A stretch of 61,541 bases of DNA, filler included, from Candidatus Babelota bacterium (GTDB lineage Bacteria; JAGOBX01), in assembly GCA_017999075.1 (NCBI GenBank). It is 11 parts of 11 records of this genome, joined end to end, with 100 filler letters (N's around TTAATTAATTAA, not from the genome) between each part and the next. Parts side by side here need not be neighbours in the genome. Positions count along the whole stretch, not along the records: positions 1 to 12,917 come from JAGOBX010000050.1; 10 more parts are not named here. One strand, given 5' to 3'. The position numbers were made by a program, and so were the translations under genes. The number at the start of each line of letters is the position of its first letter. Positions within the stretch are counted from its first letter, which is position 1. A model generated the notes under the pieces. That model was not told the DNA's origin, did not search any database, and worked only from the letters and a program-made list of their open reading frames with translations. Below are positions 1 to 10,280 of this stretch, piece by piece.

Positions 1-975
1 CCCGCACTGTTCTAAACCCCATCCCAATACTCTCGCATTGCAAAATCCTTCATAACTCATAAAACTCAATTTTCCGCCTACTTTTTCGATTCTGTTTGCA
101 AATTCTAACATTAATCTTGGTTTTTCCGAAGTTTCAATATTCGGCATAACCTGAGTCATAAGCATTCCATCAGCTTCGCTGCCAACTCCTTCGATTATTT
201 TATAAGCGTCGCAAGGAGATATTCCGGCAAGCAAAGTTTTAAACCCGTTTTTTTTTGCAAGATTAAAATAACTCAACGTTGATTTCGCTACAGCCAGTAA
301 TATGACCGCTTCAGGATTACTTTCTTTTATAAGATTAAATTGTTCTTCATCTATTTCACTGCCTCTGTCATAGATGGCTTTTGAATTAAGCTGCAATCCG
401 TATGTTTTCAACCTTGAAATCGCCGCTTTCAAACCTGATAATCCATACGCATCATTTTGGTAAATAATAGAAATCTTCTTTATTTTGAGATTATTAACAA
501 AATAATCTATTAATTTTTCTGTTTCCTGAGGATATGAACCTCTTATATTAAATATATAACGTTCAGGAGGAAGGCGGAAAATATCAGAACCTGTAGCCAA
601 TCCTATTAAAGGAATTTTTTTTGAAACAATAATAGGTTTTGCTATAGAGCCGCAAGGCGTCCCGCTTAATGTGCATAATGCAAACACTTTATCGCTTTCA
701 ATTAAATTTTTTACATGTTCTGCAGTTTTGGCAGGATCATAATCATCATCTTTAACAACTAATTTTATCTTTCTTCCGGCTATTCCGCCATTCTCATTTA
801 CATAATCAAAATAACATTTCATCCCGGCAAGAAAACCGTCTCCTGGCCACGAACTGTTACCGTCAGCATCAAGGCAGGTGCCTATAAGAATTTCTTTGTC
901 AGTTATTCCGTCTTCCGCAAAAATAAAATTTACCCCGGCAAGTAACACTAATAACACATATAAAATTTTTTTCAC
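1..975 (-). CDS. Periplasmic ligand-binding protein (LivJ/PBP1-like ABC substrate-binding family), 3' end runs off the window
   Basis: Not in the ORF track; translated by hand. GTG at 975 lies 8 nt after a GAGGTG RBS and gives MKKILYVLLVLLAGVNFIFAEDGITDKEILIG...VNENGGIAGRKIKLVVKDDDYDPAKT...FYQNDAYG. Paralogous to the two upstream SBPs. Confidence 0.85.
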   Translation of the reverse strand, partial: MKKILYVLLVLLAGVNFIFAEDGITDKEILIGTCLDADGNSSWPGDGFLAGMKCYFDYVNENGGIAGRKIKLVVKDDDYDPAKTAEHVKNLIESDKVFALCTLSGTPCGSIAKPIIVSKKIPLIGLATGSDIFRLPPERYIFNIRGSYPQETEKLIDYFVNNLKIKKISIIYQNDAYGLSGLKAAISRLKTYGLQLNSKAIYDRGSEIDEEQFNLIKESNPEAVILLAVAKSTLSYFNLAKKNGFKTLLAGISPCDAYKIIEGVGSEADGMLMTQVMPNIETSEKPRLMLEFANRIEKVGGKLSFMSYEGFCNARVLGWGLEQCG

Positions 976-1013
976 TTTCACTTCACCTCAATAAAATTGA
1001 GACTCCGCGTATT

Positions 1014-2135
1014 TCATTTAACATCAATATATTTTCCATTATTAATTTCCACCATCCATACTTTATTCAAACCGCTATGGTTTTCAGAAGAAAATGAAAT
1101 TTTTTCTCCTATACCTATTTCCATATCCTTGATGTTTTCGATAGCTTTTATTAAATTTACGCGGTTAATGTCTCCTTCAATCTTTTTCAATGCTTCCACA
1201 AAAAATTTTGCATTTAAAAAACCTTCAAACCCCACATAATCAGGATTAGCTTCAGGAAAATATTTCTTTAACAGTTCATTATATTCTTTTGCTGCAGGGT
1301 TAGATAAATCCGAATAAAGCGGTACTGCCTGAGAACATAAAGATCCTTCCAACATATCAGGCATTTTATCTTTAAGAAAATCAGGACCTCCTCCGGTAAT
1401 TACAGCAAATTTTGCTTTTAATCCGCTTTTTTTCCATTCTGTAAGAAATGTTAAATTCGGTTTTATTGTTGAAAGAAGAATAACGCAATCAGGATTTGCA
1501 GCTGATATTTCAGTTATAGCTTCAGCAACTTCAAGCGAATCCCTGAGATTTTTACCTTTTGCGGCAAGTTCCATTCCTTTCTCTTTCAACGCCTTGTTAA
1601 CTCCTTTTAATCCCGATAATCCGTATGCATCATCCTGATAAAAAACAGCGATTTTATTATACTTTTTAAAATCAATCAGTTTTAAAGTTAATGCATATGC
1701 TTCTACTGAATATGCAGGTTTAAATGTAAAAAATGACGGATGAAATTTTGTGTATAAAAATTCTCCTCCTGTATATGCGCCTATTGTAGGAATTTTTGTG
1801 TTATCTATATAAGGTATTGCCTGATTCATTGTCGGCGTGCCTACATAAGCTACAAGCGCAAGCACCTTATCTTCCTCATTTAATTTTTTTGTATAATAAG
1901 CGCAGGTATCAGGATTATAAACGTCGTCATATTGAATCCGTTTAATCTGTTTCCCATTTATTCCGCCATTAGCATTTATTTCATTAATATACGATTGATA
2001 TCCTTTTGAAGTTGACAATCCATAAAATGCAGCAGGTCCTGACTGCATACTTGATGTTCCTATCAGTATAACATCTTCTGCGCAAACTGAAACAGCCATA
2101 AATAAAATCATTGTTAAAATTACTATTTTTTTCAT
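1014..2135 (-). CDS. Periplasmic ligand-binding protein (LivJ/PBP1-like)
   Basis: Signal peptide; INANGGINGKQI, YDDVYNP, YVGTPT, FYQDDAYG and EGFLNA motifs. Confidence 0.88.
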   Translation of the reverse strand: MKKIVILTMILFMAVSVCAEDVILIGTSSMQSGPAAFYGLSTSKGYQSYINEINANGGINGKQIKRIQYDDVYNPDTCAYYTKKLNEEDKVLALVAYVGTPTMNQAIPYIDNTKIPTIGAYTGGEFLYTKFHPSFFTFKPAYSVEAYALTLKLIDFKKYNKIAVFYQDDAYGLSGLKGVNKALKEKGMELAAKGKNLRDSLEVAEAITEISAANPDCVILLSTIKPNLTFLTEWKKSGLKAKFAVITGGGPDFLKDKMPDMLEGSLCSQAVPLYSDLSNPAAKEYNELLKKYFPEANPDYVGFEGFLNAKFFVEALKKIEGDINRVNLIKAIENIKDMEIGIGEKISFSSENHSGLNKVWMVEINNGKYIDVK

Positions 2136-2327
2136 AAAAACCCCCTTATTTTTTTTATAGATTATTTTTTAATGCCATACTAAATTAAAATGAGTCACCT
2201 CCCGTGTTATTTTTTTAAATAATAATTTAATTGATTGAATCTTACTTTTAAAATTCCATTTTTTTAAATCGTATCGCGGCATTACTCAAACAAATCTATA
2301 AAATTATTAAATAATTTTTTTAAAAAT

Positions 2328-2360
2328 TAACTGGGGTTTTATAAAATTAAAATCCCGTTA
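2328..2360 (-). terminator. Possible hairpin terminator after the first SBP gene
   Basis: Imperfect inverted repeat TAACTGGGGTTTT...AAAATCCCGTTA, followed by a T-rich tract on the minus strand. Confidence 0.4.
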
Positions 2361-2386
2361 TTCTAAATTTAATATGAAAAAAATGA

Positions 2387-3553
2387 TTATTTCACTTCAT
2401 TGCACATACAAACATACTTACCTTTTTCAATACGAGTAACAAAAACTCTATCGCTGCCCTGATGATCAGAATCACTAAAAGAAATTTTTATTCCTGTGCC
2501 TAACTGCCCCGGCTTTATAGATTCAATGCTTTCAATTAATTTTTCCCTTGTCAATTCTTTTCCGGCGCGTTTTAACCCTTCCACTAAAATCAAAGCATTT
2601 AAATATCCTTCGTAACTTACTGAAGTCGGTTTTTCTTCAGGAAAATATTTTTTTAAATCTTTTAAATACAATTCGTTTACTGCAAAATCTGATAAAGGAG
2701 TATGATACAAAGGAACAACCTGAGTCACAATAACACCATCTCCATCGCTTCCGAGCGTTTCAAGAAATTTATCAGGACCAACAAAACTCACATTATGAAA
2801 ATACGTTTTTAGTCCTTCTTTTTTAGCCAGTTTTATAAATTCAGCGCAAGGAGCGTAAACACCTATCATAATAATTGCTTCTGGCTGAGATTCTTTCAAA
2901 GCACTCAGAGCTTCTTTAACATCTAATGTATTGCGTTCGTACGAAGCTTTGGCGCAAAGAGCCATTTTTTTTTCTTTCAAAGCTTTGATTGTCCCCTGTA
3001 AACCTGCAAGTCCATACGCATCATTCTGATAAAACACAGCGATTTTGCTCAATTTTAATTTATCCACAAAATAATTAATAATTTCAGCGCATTCCATGTT
3101 ATAACTGGCCCGAATGTTTAAAATATATTTCTCTAAAGGATTTCGGAATGTTTCAGCTCCTGTAAAACATCCTATCAGCGGAATTTTATTCTGATTAATC
3201 ATAGGCACTATTATTTTCGTCGTCGGAGTTCCCACATACGAAGTTAAAGCGAATACCTTGTCGTCTTCTATTAATTTTTTAGTATTTTCAGCGCACGGAG
3301 TGGGTTCATAATTGTCATTATAAAAAATTGTTTTTATTTTTCTTCCATTCACTCCGCCTTCTTCATTAATTTTTTTTATATAAGTTTCATACCCTATTTT
3401 GGTTTGAACGCCTAAAAATTTTGCCGGACCTTCCAATACCAGAGAAGAACCTATTAAAATTTCATTATCTGTTACTCCAACCTCTGCAAAAATAATCTGA
3501 GGTATTAATATAATCACAGTAATAATTGTATAAATAATATTTCTCATTTTCAA
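2387..3553 (-). CDS. Periplasmic ligand-binding protein (LivJ/PBP1-like)
   Basis: Signal peptide; GVTDNEILIG, NEEGGVNGRKI, YVGTPT and FYQNDAYG motifs. Confidence 0.9.
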   Translation of the reverse strand: MKMRNIIYTIITVIILIPQIIFAEVGVTDNEILIGSSLVLEGPAKFLGVQTKIGYETYIKKINEEGGVNGRKIKTIFYNDNYEPTPCAENTKKLIEDDKVFALTSYVGTPTTKIIVPMINQNKIPLIGCFTGAETFRNPLEKYILNIRASYNMECAEIINYFVDKLKLSKIAVFYQNDAYGLAGLQGTIKALKEKKMALCAKASYERNTLDVKEALSALKESQPEAIIMIGVYAPCAEFIKLAKKEGLKTYFHNVSFVGPDKFLETLGSDGDGVIVTQVVPLYHTPLSDFAVNELYLKDLKKYFPEEKPTSVSYEGYLNALILVEGLKRAGKELTREKLIESIESIKPGQLGTGIKISFSDSDHQGSDRVFVTRIEKGKYVCMCNEVK

Positions 3554-3607
3554 TTTTCTCCTTAATTAGATCTGATAAATAAAATCAATAAACTTTTCAA
3601 AAAATAA

Positions 3608-3904
3608 TCAAGGATGGCCGCGAGGAATATTTAAATATTCAAACCTCGATTCGTTAAATAAAAATATAACAAATAAAATAATATTCCATGTAATAATTGG
3701 ATTTATACATATTCTAATAATTTCGTTTAATATTATTATTTCTTTTTCTTCACAATAATACAATTGCAGATTTTTACATATTGAAGGAGTTTTAGGAAAA
3801 CCGTATTTCATTACATTATATGTCGTAATTACAGTACGCCTCGCTATGAATAAAATTATTATAGCATATAAAAGCAATAAATATTTTCTGTTTTTTTTAA
3901 TCAC
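3608..3904 (-). CDS. Hypothetical small membrane protein
   Basis: 98 aa ORF with two hydrophobic segments in an AT-rich intergenic region; no family recognised. Confidence 0.35.
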   Translation of the reverse strand: MIKKNRKYLLLLYAIIILFIARRTVITTYNVMKYGFPKTPSICKNLQLYYCEEKEIIILNEIIRICINPIITWNIILFVIFLFNESRFEYLNIPRGHP

Positions 3905-4259
3905 TTTAATAAAATATTTTGAGTTAATTTATAAATAATCAAGACAATATATTTCGTTACTATATTAGTATTGAAAAAAAAATCAATATATTTTTCAAGT
4001 ATAATTATACATACAAACTAACAGTGCTTTTTTTTAATTGAAATCAATGTATACATTAATAACTATACATATTATTTATCGGTAATTTGTATTGCTGTTT
4101 TTCCAAATTATTTTTTTTGATTTTTCATATTGAAATTTTTATGAATGGAGTATTCTGCGCAGTCTATTCAATTTTTTAATATCTTAACTATTGCAATAAT
4201 CCTTATGATTATTTTTCAATGTTCTTGATATGATTTATTATAAATCATGTTTTGATATT

Positions 4260-4943
4260 TTATAATAATCTGTAACCTACACCCTGTTCAGTTATTAAAA
4301 GTTTAGGTGAACTCGGTTTTACCTCAATTTTACGGCGTAATTGTAAAATATAAATTCTTAGATATTGAGTTTCCTCAATAAAATTTTCACCCCACAATTC
4401 TTTCATTATCTGCGTCTGAGTTATTACTTTCCCTGCGTTGCGCGCCAGAAGAGTTAATAAGGAATATTCGGTAGGGGTCAATTTAATCTCTCTGTTTTCA
4501 ATAGTAACAATCCGTTTGTCAAAATCAATTTGAATAGGGCCTGATTTAAAAACCGGTTCTGTTCCTGCAGACTTTGAGTTATGACGCAATGCTACTCGTA
4601 TTCTAGCCTGAAGCTCATTCATTGAAAATGGTTTTGTGAGATAATCGTCCGAACCAGCGTCAAGAAGATCAACTTTTTCCTGTTCTTCATCGCATACGGT
4701 TAAAATTATAATTGGAACAGATGACCATTCTCGTATAATTTTCAATACTTCAATTCCGTTAATATCAGGCAATCCAAGATCAAGAATAATCAAATCCGGT
4801 CTGAATGCTTTAGCGGCTTTAATTCCTTCTTGCCCGCAGTCCGCCTCCTTAACATTATATCCATAAGCTTCCAGAGAAACTCTTAAAAATCTGCGTATTT
4901 GTATTTCGTCGTCAATTACAAGAATCAAAGCTCCTTGCTTCAT
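4260..4943 (-). CDS. kdpE: KdpE response regulator (OmpR family)
   Basis: REC domain (IDDE, LDLGLPD, DDYLTKPF) plus winged helix (LTPTEY, YLRIYILQLRRKIE, LLITEQGVGYR); overlaps the kdpD stop. Confidence 0.92.
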   Translation of the reverse strand: MKQGALILVIDDEIQIRRFLRVSLEAYGYNVKEADCGQEGIKAAKAFRPDLIILDLGLPDINGIEVLKIIREWSSVPIIILTVCDEEQEKVDLLDAGSDDYLTKPFSMNELQARIRVALRHNSKSAGTEPVFKSGPIQIDFDKRIVTIENREIKLTPTEYSLLTLLARNAGKVITQTQIMKELWGENFIEETQYLRIYILQLRRKIEVKPSSPKLLITEQGVGYRLL

Positions 4944-7567
4944 ATTTTGCCTCCGGTAAAAGGTATAATAATTTTAAATTCTGCTCCGCATCCAGTTTTA
5001 CTTTCAGCTGTAATTATTCCATTATGCATCTCAATTATTTCTTTACATATAGTTAATCCTAATCCCAATCCTCCGGTTTTATCAGGTTGTTCTCTATAAA
5101 ATTTATTAAATATTTTTTCCGGATTTTTAAGACCGCGGCCGTCATCAGAAATAATAATATTTATATTTTGTTTTTCGTCAAAAACGGAAATTTTAATTGT
5201 TATCCCGCAATCATTATAATATACAGCATTAATTAAAATATTCGAAATAACCTGTTCAAATAAATTGAAGTCAATTTTAATTAAAGGCATATTGTCAGAA
5301 AATTCAGTAACAACCGTATATCCTTTTAATTCTGATTCATGTTTAATTAAAACAGAATTTATCAGATCAACTATATCGTATTCTTTTAAATGCAGCGATA
5401 AGTTTCCTGATTCAAGTCTGGCCATATTCAATAAATTTCCTACTACACGGTTCAATCTCACTACAGATTCGCGAATATCAGTTATTAACATATTTCTGCT
5501 TTCATAATTATGTAAAATAGCTTCGTCTATCAATCCGTTTACACACAAACTTAAAGATGTCAACGGAGTTCTCAATTCATGAGAAATTGATTTTAAAATA
5601 ATCGAAAAAAGTTTTTGCGATTCATTTTCAACTGCATTTTTCTTTGATTTTTCAATAGTAAAAATTCTGTCCGCTATACCGCTAATCATTATCGCAAAAG
5701 TCTGAATCAAATTTTCTTTTTCAAATGAAAGCGATTCTTCATTGGTAAATTTAAATTTAATGACGCCGCTTTCATTATTAACGCATACAATCGGATAATA
5801 ATAATAATCGTTTTTAAAAAAAGTATTTGTAAATCTGCCTGCAGGTTTTTTATTTGTCTTCACCCATTCGATTATCGCTTTATCCGCATCATTTGCATTT
5901 TTAGAATCAAAAATAAGTTCTGTTTCCGATTTGAAAATTTTAGATAAAAAATCTTCGGATATAATTTTTAAATCACTAATTGAAATTATATTATTCAATA
6001 ATTTTGATAATTCAAAAACTTCAGACAGAGTTCTTTCCCGTTTATACAAAAAAGATTCTTTCAACCTAATTTTTGCCGATAAATTTACAGTAATAAAGGC
6101 AACTATAAAAAACAGAACAAACATAAATATATCTTCTATTTTATCAATATAAAATGTAAATCTCGGAGGAATAAAAAAATAATTCCAGATTGTAGCAGTT
6201 AGCGCAGCCGTCAATAACGCGCACATTTTTGTAGTAAAAAGACTTATAAAAATTACATATGTCAAAAATATTAGAGAAGCTGCCCAGTAATTAATTAATT
6301 TTAAAATCATCAAATTAAATAAAGTGATCCCTGCAAGAGAAATGCATGCTGTGATTATTTCAAAAAGGTTAACGCCGGGTTTAATTTTAAAGTTTAAGAA
6401 ATTAACTTTTGCTTTATTGAAAGCTCCAGGTTCAGAAACCGCATATACATCAATATCTCCGCTTTGTTTAATTATCCTTTCCGGTATCGAACCTTTAAAT
6501 ATATCTTTAAAACTTTTAAATAGAGGCTTGCCTGTAATAATCTGCGTTGCTTTTTTCTGACGAGCTATCCGTATTATTCCAGAAACAATATCTTCATCGG
6601 AAGTAATAACAACTTCTGCTCCGAGTTCACGGGCAAGTTTAATATTTTTTTCCAGATTTTTTTGTTGTTCATCTGTAAGAAAAGTTCCTGTATCAATATT
6701 AACTGCATACCATTCCGCCTTTAAATTAAAAGCAATCCTTTTTGTCCAGCGTATAATATATTCAGAATATGGGCTTGCGCTTATAGCTGAAATCAATTTT
6801 TCATTTGTTTTCCATAATGTATTAATATTTTTTGATTTTAAATAATTATTCAGTTCTGCGTCTACAAGTTTCGCCGTAACCTGCAAAGCAATTTCACGCA
6901 AAGCAGTCAGATAACTTTTTTGAAAAAAATTATTAAGCTCAATTGACGCTTTTTCCAAACTGTATATTTTACCGTCTTTAAGTCGTTTCCTAAGATCCTC
7001 AGGGGCCAAATCAATAAGTTCGATTTTATTTGCCTGTTCAAGAATAGAATCAGGCACTGTTTCGTGAATTTTTATTCCTGTGATTTGTTCTACGGTTGAA
7101 GCTCTGCTTTCAAGATTCTGAACATTAAGCGTTGTCCAGACGTCAATTCCTGATTCCAGCAATTCCAAAATATCCTGATATCGTTTTTTATTTCTGCATC
7201 CACGCACATTAGTATGAGCAAGTTCGTCAATTAAAACTATTTCAGGTTTTCTTTTTAGTATAGCGTCAATATCTGTATCTTCGAGAATAATGCTGTGATA
7301 ATGAAAAACTGCACGCGGAATTATTTCCAAACCTTCAAGCAATTTTTCAGTTTCAATTCGTTGGCGGGGTTCAATATAACCAATAACTATATCTTTCCCT
7401 TCATTTTTTTCAGATTTAGCCGATTCCAGCATTTGATATGTTTTACCTACTCCTGCTGCCATTCCGAAAAAAATCCGTAGTTTTCCCTGGTCCTTATTTG
7501 TGTTTTTGGTTTCCATTGAATTCAACAAAATATCAGGATTATGTCCATAGTTATCAATGTTGTCCAT
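4940..7567 (-). CDS. kdpD: KdpD sensor histidine kinase
   Basis: GKLRIFFGMAAGVGKTY, DELAHTN and TTLNVQNLES in the KdpD N-domain; Usp domain; four TM helices ending NYFFIPPRFTF; HisKA SHELRTPL; HATPase GLGLGL. Confidence 0.95.
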   Translation of the reverse strand: MDNIDNYGHNPDILLNSMETKNTNKDQGKLRIFFGMAAGVGKTYQMLESAKSEKNEGKDIVIGYIEPRQRIETEKLLEGLEIIPRAVFHYHSIILEDTDIDAILKRKPEIVLIDELAHTNVRGCRNKKRYQDILELLESGIDVWTTLNVQNLESRASTVEQITGIKIHETVPDSILEQANKIELIDLAPEDLRKRLKDGKIYSLEKASIELNNFFQKSYLTALREIALQVTAKLVDAELNNYLKSKNINTLWKTNEKLISAISASPYSEYIIRWTKRIAFNLKAEWYAVNIDTGTFLTDEQQKNLEKNIKLARELGAEVVITSDEDIVSGIIRIARQKKATQIITGKPLFKSFKDIFKGSIPERIIKQSGDIDVYAVSEPGAFNKAKVNFLNFKIKPGVNLFEIITACISLAGITLFNLMILKLINYWAASLIFLTYVIFISLFTTKMCALLTAALTATIWNYFFIPPRFTFYIDKIEDIFMFVLFFIVAFITVNLSAKIRLKESFLYKRERTLSEVFELSKLLNNIISISDLKIISEDFLSKIFKSETELIFDSKNANDADKAIIEWVKTNKKPAGRFTNTFFKNDYYYYPIVCVNNESGVIKFKFTNEESLSFEKENLIQTFAIMISGIADRIFTIEKSKKNAVENESQKLFSIILKSISHELRTPLTSLSLCVNGLIDEAILHNYESRNMLITDIRESVVRLNRVVGNLLNMARLESGNLSLHLKEYDIVDLINSVLIKHESELKGYTVVTEFSDNMPLIKIDFNLFEQVISNILINAVYYNDCGITIKISVFDEKQNINIIISDDGRGLKNPEKIFNKFYREQPDKTGGLGLGLTICKEIIEMHNGIITAESKTGCGAEFKIIIPFTGGKI

Positions 7568-7715
7568 ACAAATTAATTATTAAATAAATTTAATTTTAAT
7601 TATATCTTTTAAATCCAAACTTGTCCAGCATTATTGCTCGCTCCTGAGGGATTGCCACCGTAATTATTCGTATAAAATTATTAGTGTTCATTTTGTTCAC
7701 CCTTTAAATATTTTT

Positions 7716-8126
7716 TTAAGTTTCTAAAATTTTCAATGTTTCATCTTTACCCGGATAAACCACATTAACTCCGCCAATTTTTTTAAATATTTCATATTTT
7801 ATATCAGAATCAACTTCAACATAAATTTTTTCAACTAACAATTCCTTAAACTCACTAACTAATAAAATACTTTCATTTAATAATTCCGGCAAACAAATAA
7901 AAACAGATTCAATATTTTTATTCACAAAATTTAAATTTTCAAAAATATTGTTATATTTTGTTATGACTGCGGCAGTTAACGATTTATTTAAAAAAAAATT
8001 TTCATTTTCAAATATTTTGTTATTATCTCCAATCAGAATAATATCGTTTTTGAATTGAAATAATAAACGCATTACCCGAAAACTAAAACTATCGCAACCG
8101 ATTATTATATTTTTTTTCTTTCCCAT
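7716..8126 (-). CDS. Degenerate stand-alone TrkA-N (RCK_N)-like protein
   Basis: IIIGCDSFS at the N-terminus and KKIGGVNVVYP at the C-terminus mirror the neighbouring KtrA (VVIGLGSFG...KTVGATKIIYP). Confidence 0.55.
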   Translation of the reverse strand: MGKKKNIIIGCDSFSFRVMRLLFQFKNDIILIGDNNKIFENENFFLNKSLTAAVITKYNNIFENLNFVNKNIESVFICLPELLNESILLVSEFKELLVEKIYVEVDSDIKYEIFKKIGGVNVVYPGKDETLKILET

Positions 8127-8171
8127 AATGATTGCCTTTCTATTTTTTATTTTTAAACTATTTCTAAAAAA

Positions 8172-8819
8172 TTAAGATAAAAATTTATCTATATTCTTTT
8201 TTTCTCCTAAAAGAAAAAGACTGTGCCTGCTATTTAAAATAATCTCAGGATCAGGTATTTCAACTGTAGAATTACCATTTATTTTTATACCGATTATCAA
8301 AATAGAAAATCTTTTTCTTATGTCTAATTCCCGTATTGACTTATCTTGATATTTTGACGGACAATTTATTTCAATCAAATGATACTCATCTGTTATCGGT
8401 ATATATTCCATCACATTTTTAAAACTTAAAACGCCTGCCAAACGCAGAGCTTCCTCTTTTTCAGGATAAATAATTTTTGTCGCTCCAACGGTTTTCAAAA
8501 GTTCGTAATGATCATCTGATAAGGCTTTTGCTATTATATGCTTTACATTAAGTTGTCTTAAATGATGCACAACAAGAATACTTGATTCTATATCCGGACC
8601 AACACTGACAATAACAGCATTATAATCTGTTATATTTATTTCTTTTAACACATCAATTTTGGAAGCATCAGCAATTATTGCCTGATTCACATATTTTTTT
8701 ATATCATCAATTTTATCTTTATTATCATCAATGACTACAACTTCATTTCCTTTTTGCACAAGTTCTTTAGCAGCATATCTGCCAAAACTTCCCAATCCAA
8801 TAACTACAAATTTTTTCAT
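8172..8819 (-). CDS. ktrA: Ktr/Trk potassium uptake NAD-binding (RCK) subunit
   Basis: VIGLGSFG Rossmann motif, IIAKA, GATKIIYPE, and an RCK_C domain. Confidence 0.9.
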   Translation of the reverse strand: MKKFVVIGLGSFGRYAAKELVQKGNEVVVIDDNKDKIDDIKKYVNQAIIADASKIDVLKEINITDYNAVIVSVGPDIESSILVVHHLRQLNVKHIIAKALSDDHYELLKTVGATKIIYPEKEEALRLAGVLSFKNVMEYIPITDEYHLIEINCPSKYQDKSIRELDIRKRFSILIIGIKINGNSTVEIPDPEIILNSRHSLFLLGEKKNIDKFLS

Positions 8820-8829
8820 AATTTCCCAC

Positions 8830-10212
8830 CTATCCTATATAAATATCTTCTTCTGAATACCTTACAGAAGATTCTATCTGCTTTCCTGCGAAAAACAATC
8901 CTATTGTCAAAGGCCCGACACGGCCTATAAACATAGTTATTGTTAAAAAAAATTTCCCGATAAAACTTAGTTTTGATGTAATACCCATTGATAAACCTGT
9001 ATTTCCCAATGCGGAAGTAATTTCAAACAGCAATTCGAGTAATGAAACTTTTTCTGTATATAACAAGATAAGCAAATCTGCAAATATAATAATGATAAAC
9101 CAGACAAAAATTCCTGCTGCTTTCGTTATGGATTTATTTGGAATCTGATGTTTAAAAATATGTATGTTATTTTCTCTGCCACGCAATTGATAAATTAAAA
9201 AAATCAGTATCAGTCCCATAGTTGTAACCTTAATTCCTCCGCCTGTACTGCCGGGAGCCGCTCCTGTAAACATTTGAAAAATTAAATATGTTAAACTGCC
9301 TGAATGCATTTTACTTATATCCATTGTATTAAAACCGTCAGTAGTTGAAGCAGAAATAGATTGAAAAACAGAAATCTGCCATTTATCATATTCGCTTAAA
9401 CCTGATTGCCAATTTTCCGAAAAATAGATGATATAACTTCCAATTGTTATAAAAACTATAGTTGTCAATATGACAAATTTTGAATGAACCGAAAGAGAAA
9501 ATACGTGCTTATTTTTTAGTTTTTTCCGAAATATTATAAAAATTTCATATATGACAATAAACCCTATTCCGCCGGCAAGCGACAAAATATTGATTGTCAT
9601 ATTTAATATTATATTGCAGTTGTATTTCATTAAACTGTCAGGGAAAACCGAAAATCCGGCAGTACAAAATGCTGATATTGAATGAAATATTCCAAGATAA
9701 ACCGATCTGCGCAAGGAATATGTATCAAGAAATACTCCAGTAAGAATTGCAGCGCCGATTACCTCAAATATTGCAGTGAAAATTATTACTGAAATTAAAA
9801 ATTTATTTAATTGCCCGTAACTTGTACCTGATATTGATTCAACCGCCACATTTTTTGAAAACAGCGATATTTTCACATCAAACATAGAAATTAAACAAAT
9901 AATTATCGACATATAACCAATGCCGCCTACCTGAAAAATACATAAAAGAACAATTTGACCAAACAAACTGTAATAACTGCCTATATCTACAACTGAAAGA
10001 CCTGATGTGCTTATGCCTGATGTTGCTACAAAAAGAGAGTCAATAAACGGCTGATATGTATTTTTTGAAGAAGATATTGGAAGCGATAGCAATAAAGCTC
10101 CTATTAATGTAACAAATGCATATCCTGCAACAAGAAACTGAAAAGGAGTGAATATAGGCGTATATTTTTTCAATTTCAACATTTTTTTTATATTTATAAC
10201 AAAATTACTCAT
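8830..10212 (-). CDS. ktrB: Ktr/TrkH potassium uptake membrane subunit
   Basis: Pore loops STSGLS, FCTAGFS, STTDGFN and GNTGLSMG; GSTGGGIKVTT; MFIGRVGP. Confidence 0.93.
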   Translation of the reverse strand: MSNFVINIKKMLKLKKYTPIFTPFQFLVAGYAFVTLIGALLLSLPISSSKNTYQPFIDSLFVATSGISTSGLSVVDIGSYYSLFGQIVLLCIFQVGGIGYMSIIICLISMFDVKISLFSKNVAVESISGTSYGQLNKFLISVIIFTAIFEVIGAAILTGVFLDTYSLRRSVYLGIFHSISAFCTAGFSVFPDSLMKYNCNIILNMTINILSLAGGIGFIVIYEIFIIFRKKLKNKHVFSLSVHSKFVILTTIVFITIGSYIIYFSENWQSGLSEYDKWQISVFQSISASTTDGFNTMDISKMHSGSLTYLIFQMFTGAAPGSTGGGIKVTTMGLILIFLIYQLRGRENNIHIFKHQIPNKSITKAAGIFVWFIIIIFADLLILLYTEKVSLLELLFEITSALGNTGLSMGITSKLSFIGKFFLTITMFIGRVGPLTIGLFFAGKQIESSVRYSEEDIYIG

Positions 10213-10242
10213 AAAATTTCTCCGCGTATCAGACTTAATAAA

Positions 10243-10270
10243 ATTATATCATAAAATATAATTTTGTCTA
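10243..10270 (-). promoter_or_regulatory. Sigma70-type promoter of the ktrB operon
   Basis: Minus strand TAGACA-N16-TATAAT with an extended -10 TG. Confidence 0.55.
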
Positions 10271-10280
10271 TTTAGAGGGA

